DNA of 63,748 nt, the filler included, from Nemertoderma westbladi (Eukaryota > Animalia > Xenacoelomorpha): assembly GCA_032718475.1 (NCBI GenBank). It is 3 parts of 3 records of this genome, joined end to end, with 100 filler letters (N's around TTAATTAATTAA, not from the genome) between each part and the next. Parts side by side here need not be neighbours in the genome. Positions count along the whole stretch, not along the records: positions 1 to 30,986 come from JAUCBJ010007349.1; 2 more parts are not named here. One strand, written 5' to 3'. The position numbers and the translations under genes were made by a program. The notes below the pieces were generated by a model, which saw only the letters and a program-made list of their open reading frames with translations, searched no databases and was not told the origin of the DNA. Shown piece by piece: positions 12,403 to 25,274 of this stretch (position 1 is the stretch's first letter; each line of letters starts with the position of its first letter).

Positions 12403-13119
12403 ACGGGATGGTGGGTGGGTCTGAAACAGGATACCTATTCCCCTTAAACGTGTCGATGAATTAGGTTTATTATTTCAAGTCATTCGTGTTTTGTTTTTGT
12501 GTGACTGTATGTGTTTCATTAGTTTTATCGGCGGCTGGGATATATATATGTCAAGGCATAAATAATTGATTGAATCAGGATATTTCACTTTCAGGGTCTT
12601 TTTCTTTAATTAAATATTGTAAATGTTTTATTTAATTTATATTTATTTAGGCTAATATTATATTATTCGTTAGTTACTACTGGTGGGTAATACTTCAGGT
12701 TATTAAGTATATACATCAGGGTTTGTTTACTTGGCAGTCGCCAATTCTTTTTGGCTACTTTTGTGCAGGTGGTTGCCGTGGTTGCAATGTAATATTAAAA
12801 TCTATTAAGTGAACTGGATAATATTTGGATTGGTAAACCAACACGACCTGACCTGCCCACGATATCCTATTGTTTATGAAATTAATTAATGTTTAATGTA
12901 AAAAGATTCCTAAAATTTGCTTTATTTACTTTACTTATTTTAGCTTGGAAAATATATTTCCACGTTGAAATGGAATCACATATTTTATAGAATACCCAAA
13001 TATGATTTATAGATTTGTTTTTTGTGTCATTTTCAGATGCATCCACCCATATTTTATTTATATGCAACGGTATTTGTTAATTGCGTATACATATGTATTA
13101 ATTGTAAACTGAACAACCT

Positions 13120-13639
13120 ATAACATAATGCCTCGACTTTATTCAAGTACCCCCCCCCCCCCTCCCCCCACCCAAAAATAAAATTATCTGCAAATCTTGC
13201 AGTGAAATTGCATGAATTTTGAAACAGAGATAGATTTACATTTACTTCCTTCCTGCGTTTCTTTCCAAGAATTTTTATTTTTGCTTTCGATCTTTAGTTA
13301 CAACCGTTTGAAGATGGTGTATCCGGTGATATTAAACGAGCTAAACATTACACTGGAGTTATTCTTCAACCTCACAGGGATTTCTTACTACTGATAAAAA
13401 TCTGGCCCTGCTGCATTGATTCCAAATATGTAACACAATATCTATTTGTGAATAATATTCTGTATAACTGGTGCAGCATCGACGGACTCACTCACCCAGC
13501 AAGGAGGAGGGAGGTGAGACTATCTCTGTCTCAAATGTAATTCTATCTAATTAAGATTTGTAAAATAATTTGGGGGGGGGGGGGGGGTGTGGTGTGGCAG
13601 GTACCTGAATAACGACACTATATTCTAGGACATGGTGTA
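13120..13639. mobile_element. MITE-like element, probably Tc1/mariner type (left end degenerate)
   Basis: Inverted TTATTCA[A/G]GTACC + poly-C / poly-G ends. The right end ...GGACATGGTG|TA is the reverse complement of the terminus TA|CACCATGTCC at 16168. Confidence 0.55.
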
Positions 13640-13709
13640 ATTGGTAGTTATTATGTGTATTGTTATGTTATGTATGTTGTCCTTGTGTATGATTAATTTA
13701 GTTTGTAAT

Positions 13710-14648
13710 TAGGGGTGTGCCGGATATCCGGCCGGATTTTGAGAAAAAAATCCGGTTCCGGCTCCGGCCTGATTTCAATTTTTTGGCCGGATTTCTATTT
13801 CAACGAATTGTTGACAAAATTTACAATTAATGTAAATTTTCGAAAAAAAACATCAAAATAAATTTTCTTTTACATTGAAACATAAGCAAATACAATTTAA
13901 TACAATACAGTTTTTTCATAGTTTGTATCATATTCATTCATATTATGAATATGATAAAGTCTAAAGCAGAGCTATCATTTTATGACTATCTACATACTGA
14001 GCACTTTTTGAGCTTTCGAGCTGAGCTGAGATTTTACCAAGAATATTTGTATTTGGTTGGGCTCAGCCTCACTAACACTTAATATATATATATACATAAT
14101 ACATGTATGCCCATATACTAATTATAACTAGTCAATAATTATTATATTGTCCCAGCCAGCGCGCAAGCGTTGATGTTAGGTCTAGGTAGGTTTGTTATAA
14201 ATTGATATTAAGCTTACCACCGTGAATGACCAGTTTATATCGAGAATTCGACAGGCAATTTAGAAACTCTTTAACTATTTAGCAGCCCACCAACGCAAAA
14301 CGCTCTTCTTGTCCCGTTTAGTTGGGATAATTGACATAAACTAATCGACTTCTGAATTCTTAATAAAGTCAAAGACCTTATCATGACCTTGCTGATAATG
14401 ATCCAGCACGTTAGGTTCCGTTTCTCTCGATGCAGGACCTAACGGAACGCCCGAAGGGCCACATGACGTGGTACCCACCCTCCATCCAGTTCTGTTCTTG
14501 CATAAAGGTACTATATAGCTGATTCAAGGAAAAAAGTGGTGATATATAAAAAAAATCCTGCTTGGCCGGAATTCCGGCCGGATTTTTTTTTTTACTAATC
14601 CGGCTCCGGCCTGGCCGGTTTGAAAATAGTCAATCCGGCACATCCCTA
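13710..14648. mobile_element. Non-autonomous hAT-type DNA transposon (MITE)
   Basis: TIRs TAGGGGTGTGCCGGAT / ATCCGGCACATCCCTA, 1 mismatch. Perfect 8-bp TSD TTTGTAAT (13702-13709, 14649-14656). Subterminal CCGG repeats. Confidence 0.92.
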
Positions 14649-15780
14649 TTTGTAATCATATTAAATTTATTTGTTTGATGTTTAAGTTAATTGATTTGGT
14701 TATCTGCTTTACTTCATGGATGAATTAAATGGCCCTGTATACGGATGGCGCGAGTGTTGTAAAGGCTTTAATGCGAAAGTCGCTAAACGATATCGCACGA
14801 TTTTATGGTCTCTCTCTATCTAGTCTAGTATGTCTCATAAATATACAAGGTCATCAACTCTGAATAATGACCTTTTCACACAATAAATAATGTCCATAAT
14901 ATTGTCACGTCACGTCACGTCAACTTATTGACGTTCTGAATGTATCATTATTAACTTTAATATTGCATTAGTTTGGAATATAAATGAAATTATTAATATC
15001 ATTATTATGCAATTAATTGCAGTTACTATAACAACTGTACAGTAAATAATCCCACACTTAGCCTACAATGGCTATCAACAATGTAGAATACTCAAGATGT
15101 GTTCTAGAAGTTTTGGTTACTAAGTTAGTGATTACTTTACAGCGTATATACATATATTACATATGTTTATGTATATTACATATGCATATATTACGGGTCA
15201 TGGTGTACCGTTGGTTTTGAATTATGAATAGCAGAATATATTTGCTTTATAATATTGTGCATGTGTGGGTGTGGGCGGATCAGAATCATAGACAGTTTAT
15301 TGGGTCAAAAAAATGTAAATTAGTTAATAATTCTATGAAAACGCTGGATGTAACCTGCACTTGTTTATATTACAGTTCTCGTCTTTGTTAGTATCCTCGC
15401 TACCTACTGACTCGCAAGTCTCAATAGACTGGTTATTTAATATATTAAATATAATCAAAATAAATATACGAAATGGCTATGCGTTGCTTTTAAACCTAAA
15501 ACTAATCGTATCGTAAGAAATATAGTAATTGTTTATTTCATTGTATTTCATTGTATTTAATTGTTGAGTTTATAAATATTGTAGTTATTCGGTTCAACAC
15601 TCGCGAAAGTAGATCATATAATAATTTATACCGTTATTATTCTTATCTCTTTAGTATTTCTTATTTTATTTCATAACATCGTCGGATATATTATACAATG
15701 CTGCCCGCCATTTTTTTTAACTTTTCGGGATAGGGGATATAGTTCTCGGAATATGCGATGTTGTAAGTATGACACGAGTT

Positions 15781-16188
15781 TAAGTTAAGTAATGTGATTT
15801 CTCACAGCTGAAATATTGGTGTAATAAAATGATATTGAAATACACCATGTCCTGGAATATGGTAAGTTAAGCAATGTTATTTCTCACAGCTGAAATATTG
15901 GTGTAATAAAATGATATTGAAATACACCATGTCCTGGAATATGATAAGTTAAGCAATGTGATTTCTCACAGCTGAAATATTGGTGTAATAAAATGATATT
16001 GAAATACACCATGTCCTGGAATATGATAGTTAAGCAATGTTATTTCTCACAGCTGAAATATTGGTGTAATAAAATGATATTGAAATACACCATGTCCTGG
16101 AATATGATAGTTAAGCAATGTTATTTCTCACAGCTGAAATATTGGTGTAATAAAATGATATTGAAATACACCATGTCCTGGAATATGG
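15781..16188. repeat. 81/82-bp tandem repeat, 5 copies
   Basis: Unit TAAGTTAAGCAATGTTATTTCTCACAGCTG...TACACCATGTCCTGGAATATG. The last copy continues into a MITE-like body. Confidence 0.93.
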
Positions 16189-16606
16189 TGTCTTATTTCA
16201 GGTACCTTACCTAACCTACCCCTCTAAGTTTTATTTAACAAATCTTCATGAGATTGAGTGAAATTTGAAACAGGGAGTTTCATCCCCTTTATTTACCTCC
16301 TCCTCCGTGGGTGAGTCAGAATTTGATTTTCGCTTTTAATCTTTATCTACAACTACAAACCTTTAGAAAATGTATCTCCGTCGATATTGCAACATTTATA
16401 TACGTAATTTGATAGACAGACTGATAGATTTGACCGCTTGGGGTTACAGCATGCGCTACTACTGCATTCCTTTGGCCAACTGTACACCTGTATGTTCCAT
16501 AAGAGACACCAAATTTAACAATTTCGTGGGACTTAAGACGCGACTCAGTTACAATACAAGAGATATATAATAATATGCGACCTAGGCCAATATCAAATTT
16601 ATTCAT

Positions 16607-19600
16607 TGAATGCCTGTTCACCACCATGGGGGATCTTCCACAGTAGACCCTTCCACTCTGTTTCCTAAAGGAATGCCTGTTCACCACCATGGGTGATCTT
16701 CCACAGTAAACCCTTCCACTCTGTTTCCTAAAGGAATGCCTGTTCACCACCATGGGTGATCTTCCACAGTAAATCCTTCCACTCTGTTTCCTAAAGGAAT
16801 GCCTGTTCACCACCATGGGTGATCTTCCACAGTAAACCCTTCCACTCTGTTTCCTAAAGGAATGCCTGTTCACCACCATGGGTGATCTTCCACATTAAAC
16901 CCTTCCACTCTGTTTCCCAAAGGAATGCCTCTTCACCACCATGGGTGATCTTCCACAGTAAACCCTTCCGCTCTGTTTCCTAAAGGAATGCCTGTTCACC
17001 ACCATGGGTGATCTTCCACATTAAACCCTTCCACTATGTTTCCTAAAGGAATGCCTGTTCACCACCATGGGTGGTCTTCCACAGTAAACCCTTCCACTCT
17101 GTTTCCCAAAGGAATGCCTCTTCACCACCATGGGTGATCTTCCACAGTAAACCCTTCCGCTATGTTTCCTAAAGGAATGCCTGTTCACCACCATGGGTGA
17201 TCTTCCACAGTAAACCCTTCCACTATGTTTCCTAAAGGAATGCCTCTTCACCACCATGGGTGATCTTTCTCAATAAACCCTTCCACTCTGTTTCCTTAAT
17301 AAATGCCTCTTCACCACCATGGGTGATCTTCCACAGTAAACCCTTCCACTCTGTTTCCTAAAGGAATGCCTGTTAACCACCATGGGTGATCTTCCACAGT
17401 AGACCCTTCCACTCTGTTTCCTAAAGGAATGCCTGTTCACCACCATGGGTGATCTTCCTCAATAAACCCTTCCACTCTGTTTCCTAAATGAATGCCTGTT
17501 CACCACCATGGGTGATCTTCCACAGTAGACCCTTCCACTCTGTTTCCTAAAGGAATGCCTGTTAACTGCCATGGGTGATCTTCCACAGTAAACCCTTCCA
17601 CTCTGTTTCCTAAAGGAATGCCTGTTCACCACCATGGGTGATCTTCCACAGTTAACCGGTCCACTCTGTTTCCTAAAGGAATTCCTGTTCACCACCATGG
17701 GTGATCTTCCACAGTAAACCCTTCCGCTCTGTTTCCTAAAGGAATGCCTGTTCACTACCATGGGTGATCTTCAACATTGTCCACTCTGTTTCCTAAGGAA
17801 TGCCTGTTCACCACCATGGGTGATCTTCCACATTAAACCCTTCCACTATGTTTCCTAAAGGAATGCCTGTTCACCACCATGGGTGATCTTCCACAGTTAA
17901 CCCGTCCACTCTGTTTCCCAAAGGAATGCCTCTTCACCACCATGGGTGATCTTCCTCAGTAAACCCTTCCACTCTGTTTCCTAAATGAATGCCTGTTCAC
18001 CACCATGGGTGATCTTCCACAGTAAACACTTCCACTCTGTTTCCTAGAGGAATGCCTGTTCACCACCATGGGCGATCTTCCACAGTAAACCCTTCCACTC
18101 GGTTTCCTAAAGGAATGCCTGTTCACCACCATGGGTGATCTTCCACAGTAGACCCTTCCACTCTGTTTCCTAAAGGAATGCCTGTTCACCACCATGGGTG
18201 ATCTTCCACAGTAAACCCTTCCACTCGGTTTCCTAAAGGAATTCCTATTCACCACCATGGGTGATCTTCCACAGTAGACCCTTCCACTCTGTTTCCTAAA
18301 GGAATGCCTGTTCACCACAATGGGTGATCTTCCTCAATAAACCCTTCCACTCTGTTTCCTAAATGAATGCCTGTTCACCACCATGGGTGATCTTCCACAG
18401 TAGACCCTTCCACTCTGTTTCCCAAAGGAATGCCTGTTAACTGCCATGGGTGATCTTCCACAGTAAACCCTTCCACTCTGTTTCCTAAAGGAATGCCTGT
18501 TCACCACCATGGGTGATCTTCCACAGTAGACCCTTCCACTCTGTTTCCTAAAGGAATGCCTGTTAACCGCCATGGGTGATCTTCCACAGTAAACCCGTCC
18601 ACTCTGTTTCCTAAAGGAATTCATGTTCACCACCATGGGTGATCTTCCACAGTAAACCCTTCCACTCTGTTTCCCAAAGGAATGCCTCTTTACCACCAGG
18701 GGTGATCTTCCACAGTTAACCGTTCCACTCTGTTTCCTAAAGGAATTCCTGTTCACCACCATGGGTGATCTTCCACAGTAAACCCTTCCACTCTGTTTCC
18801 TAAAGGAATGCCTGTTCACCACCATGGGTGATCTTCCACAGTAAACCCTTTCACTCTGTTTCCCAAAGGAATGCCTCTTCACCACCATGGGTGATCTTCC
18901 ACAGTAAACCCTTCCGCTCTGTTTCCTAAAGGAATGCCTGTTCACCACCATGGGTGATCTTCCACATTAAACCCTTCCACTATGTTTCCTAAAGGAATGC
19001 CTGTTCACCACCATGGGTGATCTTCCACAGTAAACCCTTCCGCTCTGTTTCCTAAAGGAATGCCTGTTCACCACCATGGGTGATCTTCCACATTAAACCC
19101 TTCCACTATGTTTCCTAAAGGAATGCCTGTTCACCACCATGGGTGATCTTCCACAGTTAACCCGTCCGCTCTGTTTCATAAGGAATGCCTGTTCACCACC
19201 ATGGGTGATCTTCCACAGTAAACCCTTCCACTCTGTTTCCCAAAGGAATGCCTCTTCACCACCAGGGGTGATCTTCCACAGTTAACCGTTCCACTCTGTT
19301 TCCTAAAGGAATGCCTGTTCACCACCATGGGTGATCTTCCACAGTTAACCCTTCTACACTGTTTCCTAAAGGGATGCCTGTTCACCACCATGGGTGATCT
19401 TCCACAGTTAACCCGTCCACTCTGTTTCCTAAAGGAATTCCTGTTCACCACCATGGGTGATCTTCCACATTAAACCCTTCCACTCCGTTTCCTAAAGGAA
19501 TGTCTGTTCACCACCATGGGTGATCTTCCACAGTTAACCCGTCCGCTCTGTTTCATAAGGAATGCCTGTTCACCACCATGGGTGATCTTCCACAGTAAAC

Positions 19601-21380
19601 CCTTCCACTCTGTTTCCCAAAGGAATGCCTCTTCACCACCATGGGTGATCTTTCACAGTAAACCCTTCCACTCGGTTTCCTAAAGGAATTCCTGTTCACC
19701 ACCATGGGTGATCTTCCACAGTAAACCCTTCCACTCTGTTTCCTAAAGGAATGCCTGTTCACCACCATGGGTGATCTTCCACAGTAAACCCTTCCACTCT
19801 GTTTCCCAAAGGAATGCCTCTTCACCACCATGGGTGATCTTCCACAGTAAACCCTTCCGCTCTGTTTCCTAAAGGAATGCCTGTTCACCACCATGGGTGA
19901 TCTTCCACATTAAACCCTTCCACTATGTTTCCTAAAGGAATGCCTGTTCACCACCATGGGTGATCTTCCACAGTTAACCCGCCCGCTCTGTTTCATAAGG
20001 AATGCCTGTTCACCACCATGGGTGATCTTCCACAGTAAACCCTTCCACTCTGTTTCCCAAAGGAATGCCTCTTCACCACCAGGGGTGATCTTCCACAGTT
20101 AACCGTTCCACTCTGTTTCCTAAAGGAATTCCTGTTCACCACCATGGGTGATCTTCCACAGTAAACCCTTCCGCTCTGTTTCCTGAAGGAATGCCTGTTC
20201 TCCACCATGGGTGATCTTCCACATTAAACCCTTCCACTATGTTTCCTAAAGGAATGCCTGTTCACCACCATGGGTGATCTTCCACAGTTAACCCGTCCAA
20301 TCTGTTTCCCAAAGGAATGCCTCTTCACCACCATGGGTGATCTTCCTCAATAAACCCTTCCACTCTGTTTCCTAAATGAATGCCTGTTCACCACCATGGG
20401 TGATCTTCCACAGTAAACACTTCCACTCTGTTTCCTAGAGGAATGCCTGTTCACCACCATGGGCGATCTTCCACAGTAAACCCTTCCACTCGGTTTCCTA
20501 AAGGAATTCCTGTTCACCACCATGGGTGATCTTCCACAGTAGACCCTTCCACTCTGTTTCCTAAAGGAATGCCTGTTCACCACCATGGGTGATCTTTCAC
20601 AGTAAACCCTTCCACTCGGTTTCCTAAAGGAATTCCTATTCACCACCATGGGTGATCTTCCACAGTAGACCCTTCCACTCTGTTTCCTAAAGGAATGCCT
20701 GTTCACCACAATGGGTGATCTTCCTCAATAAACCCTTCCACTCTGTTTCCTAAATGAATGCCTGTTCACCACCATGGGTGATCTTCCACAGTAGACCCTT
20801 CCACTCTGTTTCCCAAAGGAATGCCTGTTAACTGCCATGGGTGATCTTCCACAGTAAACCCTTCCACTCTGTTTCCTAAAGGAATGCCTGTTCACCACCA
20901 TGGGTGATCTTCCACAGTAGACCCTTCCACTCTGTTTCCTAAAGGAATGCCTGTTAACCGCCATGGGTGATCTTCCACAGTAAACCCGTCCACTCTGTTT
21001 CCTAAAGGAATTCATGTTCACCACCATGGGTGATCTTCCACAGTAAACCCTACCACTCAGTTTCCTAAAGGAATGCCTGTTCACCACCATGGGTGATCTT
21101 CCAGTTAACCCTTCTACACTGTTTCCTAAAGGGATGCCTGTTCACCACCATGGGTGATCTTCCACAGTTAACCCGTCCACTCTGTTTCCTAAAGGAATTC
21201 CTGTTCACCACCATGGGTGTTCTTCTACAATTAACCCTTCCACTCCGTTTCCTAAAGGAATGTCTGTTCACCACCATGGGTGATCTTCCACATTAAACCC
21301 TTCCACTCTGTTTCCTAAAGGAATGCCTGTTCACCACCATGGGTGATCTTTCACAGTAAACCCTTCCACTCTGTTTCCCA
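16607..21380. repeat. 63-bp satellite, about 75 copies, with higher-order structure
   Basis: Unit GAATGCCTGTTCACCACCATGGGTGATCTTCCACAGTAAACCCTTCCACTCTGTTTCCTAAAG. Diagnostic variants recur at a 2391-bp offset. Confidence 0.97.
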
Positions 21381-21632
21381 GGTTCCAACTTGGTGTAGTG
21401 GTTGCATTGAATTCACATCTCCCACATGGGCCAGGGCAGTTTTCATTTCGGCACGAATACTTTAAAGGGACCAGCCAGGGCGCATCTCTGCCTTGCACCC
21501 TTAAGTGGTAGCTAAACGAGTACTAGAGTTTCCTCTGAGGAGTAAAGTTCTGGGGGACCGCACTGGAAATAAGTCGTCAGACTTTGTGCGTAATCCCTGG
21601 CCTAGCGGCCGAAGAAAATTTTTTTACTTTTT

Positions 21633-21820
21633 ACTAAGGAATGGCTTTTTACCACCATGTGTGATCTTCAACAGTAAACCCTTCGACTCTGTTTCCCAAG
21701 TTGCCTTTGTTCCAATTTATCGACCAGTGAAGGAGAAAGCCATGGTTGGGCTATGCTGCCCCATCTAGGGATTGAACGAGGGCTTCCACACGGGAACTGC
21801 ACACTAGACCAAGCTGCTGC
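21633..21820 (-). mobile_element. tRNA-derived SINE (degenerate) carrying one diverged copy of the 63-bp monomer
   Basis: On the minus strand: A-box TGGTCTAGTG, B-box GTTCAATCCC, a central GCTTTCTCCTTCACTGGTCGATAAATT segment, then GGGAAACAGAGTCGAAGGGTTTACTGTTGAAGATCACACATGGTGG. Confidence 0.65.
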
Positions 21821-22188
21821 TTTCTTATTAAATTTATTAATTTCCACTTGAATATAATTCATTAAATTATTCTAGAATATAAATGATTCGATCCGTATTC
21901 TTCCAATCCGCACACTCTAAAAGTAAAATATCCGTAAATTCAGTAACATGTGCGGAGGGGTGGGGGGAATCCAACACAATAAACGAAAGTCAATAACACG
22001 ATATAGTTTCATTTTTGAGAGAAATTAGATGTTAATAAATGCGGTAATATATTTTTATTTTAACACGGTAATTTTTAGTAGATAATTAAACTTGAGATGA
22101 TTACAAAGTAGGCAGCATTATATAATATTAGCGGGAAAAAATGAAATAAGTCCAACAGTCTAGAATTCGGTATTATTTACTGCATAAA

Positions 22189-22569
22189 TCAGGAATCAGC
22201 TTCGAATAGAATTTCCAACAACTCCAGTTTAGCGCATTCATCCTCAGTCAGTCGGTCGTTTGTTCCCCATTTCATAAACGTTGGTATCGATTTGAGTTTG
22301 AGTTTTGGATGCGTTCTGTATCCATTTTTCTGATCCTTCCATGTAGGTCTGTCACCAACGTAACACTTTATTACTATGGTATCGCTAGGTAGGTTGGCGA
22401 GGTGTTTCTGTATAACGGGATAGGCAACGTTGCAATCCGAGCACCACGACTCGCTCCCGATGTCTGCAGTTAGCGATCCCGTAAATAAAACGTAGACCTG
22501 CTTGTTCGAATGTTTGGTAACCTCTTCTAAAAGAGAGTCTAAATTACTCAATTCGATAAAACTTGCCAT
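22189..22569 (-). CDS. TXNDC17: Thioredoxin domain-containing protein 17 (TRP14), 126 aa, uninterrupted
   Basis: F-GS...SWCSDC, PVI, YVGDRPTWKD-KN-YR, LK-IPT-KWGT--RL-EDEC match the TXNDC17/DUF953 pattern. ATG at 22569. Confidence 0.92.
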   Translation of the reverse strand: MASFIELSNLDSLLEEVTKHSNKQVYVLFTGSLTADIGSESWCSDCNVAYPVIQKHLANLPSDTIVIKCYVGDRPTWKDQKNGYRTHPKLKLKSIPTFMKWGTNDRLTEDECAKLELLEILFEADS

Positions 22570-22722
22570 GTTAAACAAAGGCAGTGCGGGGAGTTTAGCA
22601 GACCTAAGAGATACCGCTTACGGACAATATATTAAATTACCGAAATTAAACACAGAACCTCTACGCAATCACAAGGGAAAGGAATATGTATAACATAATG
22701 AATATGATAATAATAAATATAT

Positions 22723-23325
22723 ATGAGGAATATGTATATGAAACAGGATATCCGGGAGTCGCACCGCAAGGCGTGGACCAGGTTCCGGCTTCTATCGACC
22801 AATCTCAGCGTAGAGATAGGGAGATGGAACCGAGTCCCATATGATCGACGTCTTTGCAAGTGTGGCTCGCCCCAATCCGAATCACATGTTATTTGTACAT
22901 GTTCATTTGTAGAGGCAGTAGGCCTAAGGAATAAATACCAATTAGATTATTCATCCCCATGCTCTGTTCTATCCAGTGACCCCCTGTGTACCACGATGCA
23001 ATATATAGACGAACTTTTAGAGATTTAGAATTATTAATTAAATTGGTTTAACTCTATTATGTATTTATATTTATTTAATATTTATTAGTAAGTTATTTGT
23101 ACGTAACGTTTGGGTAATATCAGCATATATTAAATTATTTGAATATGGCAATTGCTATGCTGGTTTATGTATACTTAAGTAACTTTTAATTTAGGATTTG
23201 TGAGTACCGCGGCCGCGTATTTTACTGGTTATTATAATAAGTGCTTGAGTGTATTCAGATATATATATGTATTCCGTCCCACTTGGACCGATTTATTGGT
23301 CAATAATAAACTAACTAACTAACTA
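22723..23325 (+). mobile_element. 5'-truncated LINE 3' fragment (RTEX-like C-terminal zinc domain + 3' UTR)
   Basis: RFRL-STNL-VE-GRW...RLCKC...E-HVIC-C parallels the ORF2 C-terminus of the element at 40006-43527. Ends in AATAAA + (CTAA)n. Confidence 0.8.
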
Positions 23326-25274
23326 TAGCCTATACTGTAGCATAGAAAAGTCATTATTGTTACCGGTATACAGAGTCTAAACAATGTATCTTGTAGCAGA
23401 ACTTTTTAAGAGACTTTGGTTTTGAATTTATGGGATAAAAATTGAAAAAAAGTTAGTTACTTCGGCCGTTGGTCCATGAGATTACACACGATATCTATGA
23501 GGCAGGTGATCAGTCAATCAGTTTACATGTTATCCAGCAATAGGCCTACCGCTCTACCGGTAACATTACAAGAAAGAAACAAGGCTACAAACCCTTTTGA
23601 ATATCCCTCCACTTTAAACTAATATAAGGTAGGGCATGGTAGAAGATCATCCAATAGGAATTAGCGGCTCAGTGTTTCTCTTTTAGTTCTCGAGTTATCG
23701 TGGGATATCTGTCTATCAAAATGAAACCCAGACGGAAAGACTACATTCCACCAAATATTAAAAAATAACTTTAGAAATTAAATCAGCGACCTGGAAAACC
23801 CCCATAACTATAATTTTAAATTGGTAGTGTACTTCCTTTACGCAGACACTATTAACCAACCAGACCGCATCAGGTAGTTTTGCGCGGGAAGGTTTGAAAG
23901 CGATTATCTCGCTCAGAATTACATTTTTTCGCACGACAAATACTACTCCGCGATTTCTTAAACGATTTTTTGCAATTTTTGTATTATGAAAGGTAATTTA
24001 ATTAGCTTCAATAAATTTCACGCACTTTTCTAAATTTAATAATATTTCATCATTTTTTGAATGAACAATTACAAAAATACATATGGTTTTTTTTCAGTTT
24101 TTATAAAATTGTGATTTCTTTTTACAAAATTCAATTTGTCGATTAGAAATAGGTACAAAACGAAAATACAAAAACTGGCCGAAAAATATGATGAAAATTA
24201 ACATACTGGTTCCAAAGAATGTGGCATCGGAAAATAAAAATGGAAAATAACGGAGGAGTCTTTTTAGTGAATTTTTTTACGTAGGCCGCTAAGGGGCGCC
24301 AGCTAGGCAATAATAGCATGGCTAGTGCAGTACTAACTAATGCTGTACTACTATGACGGGGGGGGGGGGGGGGGGGGGGTGCCTTGGAGTGGGTTGGGCG
24401 ATCACTCGAGATTCGTCAGGATGCCGGAAAATCTATTTCTATTGTAATTGGCCAGTCGGGTTCACTTCCACTCCCGCACATATCGTCGGACGCGATGTGT
24501 ATAGATTATTAGGTAGGCCTAATGTAAAATGTAAGCCTTTATTTTTAATTTAGCGTTTCTAGAAAGCAGGGACAGGATACGATACGACACGAATGCAAAT
24601 TTGAGACAATACGATACGATACGAAAGACGAAAAATGTTTCGCATTTTTTCCGTATCGTATTTCATCTAAGAATTGATAAAAATATATGTATTGTTATTA
24701 TATGTATTGTATTTTGTATTACACTTAGAAAATCATATAAATGTGTCTGGCTTCAACACCCATAACGACGTTTATGCAACTCGGCCCGAATAGTAGGTGT
24801 TACCATCTCACCATGCCACTTTATGATTACTGTACTGATGTACCAACCTAGGCCTACATACTGCCGTTATTTATGGAATAATTTTGATTTGATGTACCAA
24901 GATATGGAATAAAATTAAAAACTTCAATTTCGAAGTTAATAAAAATACTAGAATAAAACTGAATTATTTCAAAACAAATGTTTTATTTCTTTTATTCTCT
25001 CACTAGAATGCCTTTTATCATAACATTAATGCCTTGTAGGCGCGATTAGAGTTCTCCTCACAACTATATTTAAACTGTAATTAAATTATATTTCACTGGT
25101 CTTTTTAACATTATTCTGCAATTAATTATAATTACTATACGATTAACGATCAATCCTCCCGTCTTACACATTTTATTGACATAATAAAACTATAAGCTTC
25201 AACCTAATTTATACAACGTAATTTTGAGAAAAATATTTTATTGTAAATAAATAAGTGGTGTTGATCTCTGGTTT

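Noticed and set aside
15862-15889. GTAAGT...TTCTCACAG mini-intron look-alike in the 82-bp repeat
   Set aside because: Only 28 nt, the donor GT is missing in most copies, and the would-be exons encode nothing recognisable.
16343-21296. 21-aa repeat ORFs (MVVNRHSFRKQSGRVYCGRSP)
   Set aside because: By-product of a 63-bp satellite; interrupted by frequent stops and 1-nt indels.
21390-21440. TGGTGTAGTGG A-box-like motif suggesting a tRNA
   Set aside because: No B-box or cloverleaf follows.
24567-24665. CAGGG-start with GATAC repeats, hAT-like end
   Set aside because: No matching opposite TIR or TSD found.
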